Assembly: GCA_945897825.1 (NCBI GenBank) | Contig: CAMDGX010000011.1 | Span: 5,715 to 69,714 of the forward strand | Length of the DNA: 64,000 nt | Reading direction: 5' to 3' | Origin: Asaia bogorensis | GTDB lineage: Bacteria > Pseudomonadota > Alphaproteobacteria > Acetobacterales > Acetobacteraceae | In this document: positions 58,428 to 64,000 of the stretch, one piece after another | Numbering within the stretch: position 1 is the first letter of the stretch | How the letters are laid out: every line of letters starts with the position of its first letter | Position numbers and translations under genes: made by a program | The notes under the pieces: model-generated | Told to the model about the DNA's origin: nothing | Seen by the model: only the letters and a program-made list of their open reading frames with translations | The model's database searches: none

Positions 58428-58796
58428 ATGGCGCTTTCCTCCACCGCCGCGATCTGCCTGCGCACCGCCCTCACGGCGGGCGCGGACGTGCGCCTTGGCG
58501 CCGGCCTCGCCACCCTGATTCTCGCCCTGCTCGTCCGCCTGCTCGGCCGGACCGAAGCGGCATGGGATCTTTCCCCGCACGACACCGACGATTTCGACCC
58601 CTCCCCCACCGGCATCCTCATGCCCGCCATCGGCCGCGCCCCCCATGCGGCCTGCATCGAGGCCGGACTCGTCCCCGATTGGATTCTCCCCGGAGTCCGC
58701 AACCGCGGCATGCGCCCGGCCGGCCGGCCGGCGCGCCTGCGCCCACGCGCCCGCCCAGCCCGCGCACCCCCGCTCCCATGCTCCCTCCTGTGCTGA
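58428..58796 (+). CDS. hypothetical protein (122 aa, one predicted TM segment)
   Basis: Strong GC3 bias in this frame. Hydrophobic segment LGAGLATLILALLVRLL. No motif recognised. Confidence 0.45.
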   Translation: MALSSTAAICLRTALTAGADVRLGAGLATLILALLVRLLGRTEAAWDLSPHDTDDFDPSPTGILMPAIGRAPHAACIEAGLVPDWILPGVRNRGMRPAGRPARLRPRARPARAPPLPCSLLC

Positions 58797-58849
58797 AACC
58801 CCCTCCAACCGGAGGCCGCCGACTCGCGCCCATTTTTCTTTTGATATCG

Positions 58850-58935
58850 ATTTAAAATGGATGGGGGCCTGGGGCCTCAGGCCCCAGCGGGTCCTCCGTG
58901 GCGCGGCTTCGCGCCGCGACGGCAGAGCCCTGGCC
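58850..58935. repeat. GC-rich multi-hairpin repeat unit (right terminus, inverted, with an extra inserted hairpin)
   Basis: The reverse complement reads GGCCAGGGCTCTGCC[GTCGCGGCGCGAAGCCGCGCCACGGAGG]ACCCGCTGGGGCCTGAGGCCCCAGGCCCCCATCCATTTTAAAT. Confidence 0.85.
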
Positions 58936-59035
58936 TTAACCCCTTTTCTTCACCCATGCATTCCAGCACCCCGCTCCCCATGGTTCCCGCACTCTCCAAG
59001 CCCCGCTATGAAAGCCCGGTCGAATGGAGCCTGCG

Positions 59036-59734
59036 ATGACCGCCGCCTTCCGCGCCGAAGCCTTGGAGCCGGACGCCACCGGCCCGCTGATTCTTGCCCT
59101 GCCCAAGGGCCGCATTCTCGCGGAATGCGCCCCGCTGCTTCATGCCGCCGGCATCCATCCGAACCCCGACTATGCCAACGAGAACAGCCGGGCCTTGCGC
59201 TTCGCCACGGATGATCCCGGCCTCGATGTCGTCCGCGTCCGCAGCTTCGACGTCGCCACCTTCGTGGCCTTCGGCGCCGCGCAGATCGGCATTTGCGGCG
59301 CCGATGTGCTGATGGAGTTCGACTACCCGGAGATCTACGCCCCGCTCGACCTCGGCATCGGCGCCTGCCGCGTCTCGGTCGCCGAGCCCAGGGCCACCGC
59401 CGGCACGGACGACCCGCGGACGTGGTCGCGCATCCGGGTTGCCACGAAGTATCCGAACATCGCCCGCCGCCACTACGCCAGCCGCGGCATCCACGCCGAC
59501 GTGGTGCATCTGAACGGCGCGATGGAGCTGGCCCCCGCGCTCGGGCTCACCCGGGTGATTGTCGATCTCGTCGCCACCGGCTCCACGCTGAAGGCCAACG
59601 GCTTGGTCGAGACCGAGGTGATTTCCAAGGTCACCAGCCGCCTGATCGTCAACCGCACCGCGCTGAAAACCCGCCCCGAGGCGATCGGCGCCATGATCGC
59701 CCGCTTCCGGGATGCCCTGGCCGCCATCTCATGA
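59036..59734 (+). CDS. hisG: ATP phosphoribosyltransferase
   Basis: LALPKGRI ... DLVATGSTLKANGL, the HisG signature. Confidence 0.9.
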   Translation: MTAAFRAEALEPDATGPLILALPKGRILAECAPLLHAAGIHPNPDYANENSRALRFATDDPGLDVVRVRSFDVATFVAFGAAQIGICGADVLMEFDYPEIYAPLDLGIGACRVSVAEPRATAGTDDPRTWSRIRVATKYPNIARRHYASRGIHADVVHLNGAMELAPALGLTRVIVDLVATGSTLKANGLVETEVISKVTSRLIVNRTALKTRPEAIGAMIARFRDALAAIS

Positions 59735-61020
59735 AGCGCCTCGACACCACGGCCCCGGACTTCGAAGCCGCCTTCGCCGCCCTGCTCGACCAGGCCCGCG
59801 ACACCACCGCCGACGTGGGCGATGTCGTGGCCGCCATCATTGCCGCCGTTCGCGCACGCGGCGACGAAGCGCTGTGCGAATACACCACCCGCTTCGACCG
59901 CATGCCCATCGCACCCGACCGCCTGCGCATCACCGAGGCCGAGGTCGACCAAGCCGTCGCCACCGTCCCCGCCGAACTGCACGAAGCCCTCGACCTCGCC
60001 GCCCAACGCATCGACACCTTCCATCGTGCCCAGCTCCCGCAAGACCTGCGCATGGACGACCCGGCCGGCCTCACCATGGGCATGCGCTGGAACGCGCTGG
60101 ATGCCGTCGGCATCTACGTCCCCGGCGGCAAGGCGGCCTACCCGTCCTCGGTGCTGATGAACGCCATCCCGGCCCGTGCGGCCGGCGTCGCCCGCATCGC
60201 CATGTGCGTGCCCACGCCCGATGGCGTGCTGAACCCGCTGGTCCTCGCCGCCGCCCGCCGCGCCGGCGTGTCGGAGATCTACCGCGTCGGCGGCGCCCAG
60301 GCCGTCGCCGCCTTGGCCTGGGGCACCGCCACCATCGCCCCGGTCGACCGCATCGTCGGCCCCGGCAACGCCTATGTCGCCGAAGCCAAGCGCCAGGTCT
60401 TCGGCCGCGTCGGCATCGACAGCATCGCCGGCCCGTCCGAAGTGGTCATCCTCGCCGACTCCGCGCAGGACCCCCGCCGCATCGCCGTCGACCTGCTCGC
60501 CCAGGCCGAGCACGGCGAGGACAGCCAGTCCATCCTGATCACCGACAGCGCGAAACAAGCCGAAGCCGTCGCCGCCGCCATCGCCGCCGAAATCCCCACC
60601 CTGCCCCGCGCCGCCATCGCCGCCGCCGCCTGGCGCGACTACGGCGCGATCATCACGGTGCAGGACTGGGAGGAAGCCTACGCCCTGGTCGACCGCCTCG
60701 CCCCCGAGCACCTCCAGATCATGACCGCGGACCCGGAGGAGAAATTCGCCCGCATCCGCCACGCCGGCGCCGCCTTCCTCGGCGCCTTCTCGCCCGAAGC
60801 CGTCGGCGACTACGTCGCCGGCCCCAACCACGTGCTGCCCACCGGCCGCACCGCCCGCTTCGCCTCCGGCCTGTCCGTCTTCGACTTCCTCAAGCGCACC
60901 ACCTGGATCGCCGCCACCCCCGCCGGCCTGTCCCGCATCGGCCCCGCCGGCATCGCGCTGGCCGAGGCCGAAGGCCTGCAAGCCCACGCCCGCAGCATCG
61001 CCTTGCGACTGAACCGCTAA
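59731..61020 (+). CDS. hisD: histidinol dehydrogenase
   Basis: YVPGGKAAYPSSVLM, IAGPSEV, QAEHGEDSQ and GDYVAGPNHVLPT motifs. ATGA overlap with hisG. Confidence 0.95.
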   Translation: MKRLDTTAPDFEAAFAALLDQARDTTADVGDVVAAIIAAVRARGDEALCEYTTRFDRMPIAPDRLRITEAEVDQAVATVPAELHEALDLAAQRIDTFHRAQLPQDLRMDDPAGLTMGMRWNALDAVGIYVPGGKAAYPSSVLMNAIPARAAGVARIAMCVPTPDGVLNPLVLAAARRAGVSEIYRVGGAQAVAALAWGTATIAPVDRIVGPGNAYVAEAKRQVFGRVGIDSIAGPSEVVILADSAQDPRRIAVDLLAQAEHGEDSQSILITDSAKQAEAVAAAIAAEIPTLPRAAIAAAAWRDYGAIITVQDWEEAYALVDRLAPEHLQIMTADPEEKFARIRHAGAAFLGAFSPEAVGDYVAGPNHVLPTGRTARFASGLSVFDFLKRTTWIAATPAGLSRIGPAGIALAEAEGLQAHARSIALRLNR

Positions 61021-61163
61021 CGCACCACATCGTCGGGGCCAGCACGTTTGCGCCAGCCTGGAACCCGTCTGCTTGACCAACCCCGGCGCGATCATCATGG
61101 TGCGGCCCGCGCCGCATCCGTCGCGACCAGCCGCACGACCCCCACCACTGATAAAGAGGCCTG

Positions 61164-61382
61164 ATGTCCAAGGAAGACATGATCGAGTTCAGCGGCACCG
61201 TGATGGAGTTGCTCCCCAACGCCATGTTCCGCGTGAAGCTCGACAACGAACACTCCATCCTCGCCCACACCAGCGGCAAGATGCGCAAGAACCGCATCCG
61301 CGTCCTGGCCGGCGACCGCGTGAACGTCGAAATGACGCCCTACGACCTCAGCAAGGGCCGCATCACGTTCCGCTTCAAGTAG
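61164..61382 (+). CDS. infA: translation initiation factor IF-1
   Basis: 72 aa: [53 protein letters not shown]. Confidence 0.95.
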   Translation: MSKEDMIEFSGTVMELLPNAMFRVKLDNEHSILAHTSGKMRKNRIRVLAGDRVNVEMTPYDLSKGRITFRFK

Positions 61383-61405
61383 CCACGGCGGCGCGATCGC
61401 CGAGC

Positions 61406-61978
61406 ATGGGCCCGCCACTCATCCTCGCCTCGGCCAGCCCCCGCCGGCTGGCCCTGCTGGCGCAGATCGGCATCACCCCCGATGCCATCGTCCCAACCGA
61501 CATCGACGAGTCGCCGCTGAAGGCCGAGCTGCCCCGCCTGCACGCCCAGCGCCTCGCCCACGCCAAGGCCGACGCCGCCAGCCGCCCCGGCCACTTCATC
61601 CTGGCCGCCGACACCGTGGTGGCCTGCGGCCGACGGATCCTGCCCAAGGCGGACACCGAAGCCCAGGCCCGCACGTGCCTCACCCTGCTGTCCGGCCGCC
61701 GCCACACCGTGCTGACGGCCGTGGTGCTCGTCGCCCCGGACGGCCGCCGCGCCGAACGCGTGGTCGACACCGCCGTCACCTTCGCCCGCCTGACCCAACC
61801 CCAGATCGTCGCCTACCTCGAAGGCGGAGAGTGGCGCGGCAAGGCAGGCGGCTACGCCATCCAGGGCAGTGCTGCCGCGCATATCCGCTTCCTCTCCGGC
61901 AGCCACTCCAGCGTCGTCGGCCTGCCGCTGTTCGAAACGGCCCAACTCCTGCGCGGCCTCGGCTACCCACTTCCTTGA
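61406..61978 (+). CDS. maf: Maf family nucleoside triphosphate pyrophosphatase
   Basis: LILASASPRR ... ILAADTVV ... GKAGGYAIQG motifs. Confidence 0.85.
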   Translation: MGPPLILASASPRRLALLAQIGITPDAIVPTDIDESPLKAELPRLHAQRLAHAKADAASRPGHFILAADTVVACGRRILPKADTEAQARTCLTLLSGRRHTVLTAVVLVAPDGRRAERVVDTAVTFARLTQPQIVAYLEGGEWRGKAGGYAIQGSAAAHIRFLSGSHSSVVGLPLFETAQLLRGLGYPLP

Positions 61979-61989
61979 CGCCGGCCCCG

Positions 61990-63096
61990 GTGATCATCCG
62001 CGCCGCCGCAAGCCCGGGCGAAATCCGCGCCGTCGCCTGCGACGCGCTGGGGTTGCTGGACGTCGCGATCGAACGCCCGGGCGCCCCGGATGGTGTGGGC
62101 GACCTGCATCGCGGCCGCATCACCGCCCGCCGCCCCGCCTTGGCCGGCAGCTTCGTGCGGCTGCACGACGGCACCGAAGGCTTCCTGCCCGACAGCGCCG
62201 GCGGCGACCGGCCGGAAGGCACCATCCTGGCCGTGCGCATCACCCGCGCGGCGCAGGGCGGCAAGGGACCACGCCTGACCGCCCGCCTGCCCGAAACCGA
62301 TCACGCCCCGGGGCCGGTCGCCCTGCTCCAACGCGGCCCGGGCGCCATCGAACGCCTGGCCCTGCTGCACCCCGCTGCCCCGATCACCATTGATGACGCC
62401 ACCCTGTTCGCCGCCCTGCGCCCCCGGCTGGGGGACCGCCTCAGTCGTGTTTCCCGATCGTTCGACGAGTCGCTCGAGTCGGAATTCGAGTCGCTGGCCG
62501 AGTCCCATGCCGACCTGCCCGGTGGCGCCCGCATGTCGATCCATCCGACACCGGCCCTGACCGCCATCGACCTCGACCTCGGCGCCGGCAGCTCGGCCAG
62601 CGGCGACAAGGCCCGCACCCACGAACAGGCCAACCGCGCCGCCCTGGCGCCGCTCGCCCGGCACATCCGCCTGCGCAACCTGTCGGGCGCCATCGTGGTC
62701 GACCTCGCCGGCCTCTCGCCCAAGCGCCGCGCCGCGCTGGCGCCCGCCCTCGCCGCCGCACTCGACGCCGACCCGCTCAAGCCGCGCTTCCTCGGCTTCA
62801 CGGCGCTCGGCCTCGCGGAGATCCTGCGCCCGCGCGTCCATCCACCGCTGCACGAACTCCTCGCCGGCCCGCATGCCGCCGCCCTCGCCGCCCTACGCCA
62901 CGCCGCCCGTCAAGCCGCCGCAACACCCCATGCCCGCCTGGCATTGCGGGCCGGACCGTCCGTGCTGGATGCGGCGCGCGCCGATCCGGCGGCCATCGCG
63001 GACTTCGCCCAGCGCGCCGGCCACCCCATCTCCCTGCGTCCGGACGCCACCCTCCCGCCCATGGCCTGGAGGATCGAGGAGATCGCGCATGGCTGA
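61990..63096 (+). CDS. ribonuclease E/G family protein (short form)
   Basis: GDLHRGRI ... SFVRL (S1-like), TAIDLDLG (catalytic DxD-like region), AIVVDL. Lies between maf and yacG, as I recall for alphaproteobacteria. GTG start. Confidence 0.65.
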   Translation: MIIRAAASPGEIRAVACDALGLLDVAIERPGAPDGVGDLHRGRITARRPALAGSFVRLHDGTEGFLPDSAGGDRPEGTILAVRITRAAQGGKGPRLTARLPETDHAPGPVALLQRGPGAIERLALLHPAAPITIDDATLFAALRPRLGDRLSRVSRSFDESLESEFESLAESHADLPGGARMSIHPTPALTAIDLDLGAGSSASGDKARTHEQANRAALAPLARHIRLRNLSGAIVVDLAGLSPKRRAALAPALAAALDADPLKPRFLGFTALGLAEILRPRVHPPLHELLAGPHAAALAALRHAARQAAATPHARLALRAGPSVLDAARADPAAIADFAQRAGHPISLRPDATLPPMAWRIEEIAHG

Positions 63097-63286
63097 CCCG
63101 CGTCCACCCGCCGCGCCCCGGCCGGCCAAGCCCCGCCCGTGCGCCATCTGCGGCAAGCCGGCGACACCGCGCGACCGCCCGTTCTGCAGCCCCCGCTGCG
63201 CCGAGATCGACCTCGGCCGCTGGTTCGGCGAGACCTACCGCATCCCCGGTCCCGCGAAAGACAGCGACGACGAGATGACGGGTTGA
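63089..63286 (+). CDS. yacG: DNA gyrase inhibitor YacG (zinc finger)
   Basis: CAICGKP ... [15 protein letters not shown] four-Cys motif, 65 aa. Confidence 0.8.
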   Translation: MADPRPPAAPRPAKPRPCAICGKPATPRDRPFCSPRCAEIDLGRWFGETYRIPGPAKDSDDEMTG

Positions 63287-63335
63287 TTGCATCCCGATGC
63301 CGGGCTATCTCCTGCGCACCAACGGCGACATAGAT

Positions 63336-63411
63336 GCCCAGGTAGCTCAGTTGGTAGAGCATGCGACTGAAAATCGCAGTGTCGGTGGTTCGATTCCGCC
63401 CCTGGGCACCA
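63336..63411 (+). tRNA. tRNA-Phe: tRNA-Phe (anticodon GAA)
   Basis: GCCCAGG-TA-GCTC-AGTTGGTA-GAGC-A-TGCGA-CTGAAAA-TCGCA-GTGTC-GGTGG-TTCGATT-CCGCC-CCTGGGC-A-CCA. Confidence 0.92.
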
Positions 63412-64000
63412 TCCATTTATCGGCTCCAATCTTTCCAGTAGGTTGGGCGTCGGTTTCGTCCCACTCCGGGGTTGCAGCCCCCGGAGTGGGACTTTTCACG
63501 CTAATCGTTCCGCTCTTAACGCGGGCCATTGCATTGCCAGCCATCGCCTTCTGCGATGCGGCGGCGGTGTAGCGGGCAACCTCTTTCAGCGTCCGATGCC
63601 CGGTGACAGCCGCGATTTCGTTCGTGGTGGCGCCGGCCTCGGCCAGCTTGGCGGCGGCAGCCTTGCGCAGACCATGCGCGGAGCACTGCGGCAAGCCTGC
63701 CTCGTTGCACCAGTCGCGGAACTTGTTCCCGAACGACTCGGCGGTGTAGGGCCGCCCGGCCGCCGACACGATGAAGGCTTGGTCGCCGATCGGCGAGGCG
63801 GCGAGCACGTCGGCCAGCTCGGGATGGACAGGCACCACCAGGTGCACCGGCTTGCGCTGGCGGTTCTTCGACTGGGTGTAGTGCAGCCACCCATCGCGCC
63901 GCATGGAGGGCGCCAGGCGCGCCGCATCTTCGCGCCGGCATCCGGTGTAGAGCAGCAGGGCCAGCGCCAGGCGCGCCACGGTGCCCACGGGGTGCCGAGC
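63347..64000 (-). CDS. tyrosine-type site-specific recombinase/integrase (5' end outside the window)
   Basis: LLLYTGCRRED (Arg), AHGLRKAAAAKLAEAG (HxxR) and GHRTLKEVARYT (His, Tyr) catalytic motifs. The frame stays open to a stop inside tRNA-Phe, so the true C-terminus is uncertain. Confidence 0.8.
   Translation of the reverse strand, partial: ARHPVGTVARLALALLLYTGCRREDAARLAPSMRRDGWLHYTQSKNRQRKPVHLVVPVHPELADVLAASPIGDQAFIVSAAGRPYTAESFGNKFRDWCNEAGLPQCSAHGLRKAAAAKLAEAGATTNEIAAVTGHRTLKEVARYTAAASQKAMAGNAMARVKSGTISVKSPTPGAATPEWDETDAQPTGKIGADKWMVPRGGIEPPTLRFSVACSTN
63412..64000. mobile_element. probable left boundary of a tRNA-Phe-integrated element (continues beyond the window)
   Basis: An integrase gene converges on the 3' end of tRNA-Phe, the classical arrangement for integrative islands and prophages. 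Only ~590 bp are visible. Confidence 0.55.
63458..63496 (+). terminator. intrinsic terminator-like hairpin downstream of tRNA-Phe
   Basis: GTCCCACTCCGGGG-TTGCAGC-CCCCGGAGTGGGAC (14-bp perfect stem) followed by TTTT. Confidence 0.6.

Noticed and set aside
58307-58711. Minus-strand 134-aa ORF antisense to the 122-aa hypothetical ORF between murA and hisG.
   Set aside because: The translation is Arg/Ser/Ala/Pro-rich and runs into the repeat unit. The plus-strand frame has the clearer GC3 pattern.
63347-63411. Taking the last 22 codons of the integrase ORF (WMVPRGGIEPPTLRFSVACSTN) as genuine protein sequence.
   Set aside because: This stretch is simply the reverse translation of tRNA-Phe. The overlap probably reflects the absence of an earlier stop rather than a functional C-terminus, so the coordinates are given as the open frame only.

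Overview
This is a 64-kb chromosomal segment of about 70% GC. Gene content and synteny (hisG-hisD, infA-maf-RNase E/G-yacG-tRNA-Phe, coq7, an NDUFS4-like gene, cox accessory genes) suggest an alphaproteobacterium, possibly Acetobacteraceae/Rhodospirillales-like; that placement is inference only. I can support about 68 protein-coding genes and 3 tRNAs (Pro-UGG, Thr-GGU, Phe-GAA). The genes are mostly housekeeping and metabolic. They include two complete ABC uptake systems plus an orphan family-5 binding protein. There is a coxG-coxD-coxE-xdhC-xdhC-mocA-like molybdoenzyme maturation cluster with no structural dehydrogenase genes. Also present are an orphan tadE/tadG-VWA pair, a GH65 phosphorylase/beta-phosphoglucomutase/TPP-enzyme cluster, copA-copZ, a P450, dcd, murA, hisGD and infA. 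I see no rRNA, CRISPR array or IS transposase. I did not find a convincing novel multi-gene protein system such as a defence-like cassette. The right edge, tRNA-Phe followed by a converging tyrosine integrase, looks like the start of an integrated element that continues beyond the window. The most unusual signals are non-coding. (1) A family of AT-rich nested-palindrome elements has three copies in very GC-rich DNA; they sit against stop codons and inside the cox operon, and show compensatory base changes in their hairpins. (2) A family of GC-rich multi-hairpin repeats occurs once as a tight inverted pair and once as inverted termini around a 470-bp segment carrying a 122-aa ORF. The inner ends of both families share CATCCATTT, and that 9-mer also lies at the tRNA-Phe/integrase junction. 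Many long ORFs in the six-frame track are GC-driven antisense shadow ORFs and were not called. All functional calls rest on motifs I could read in the translations; no database search was run.
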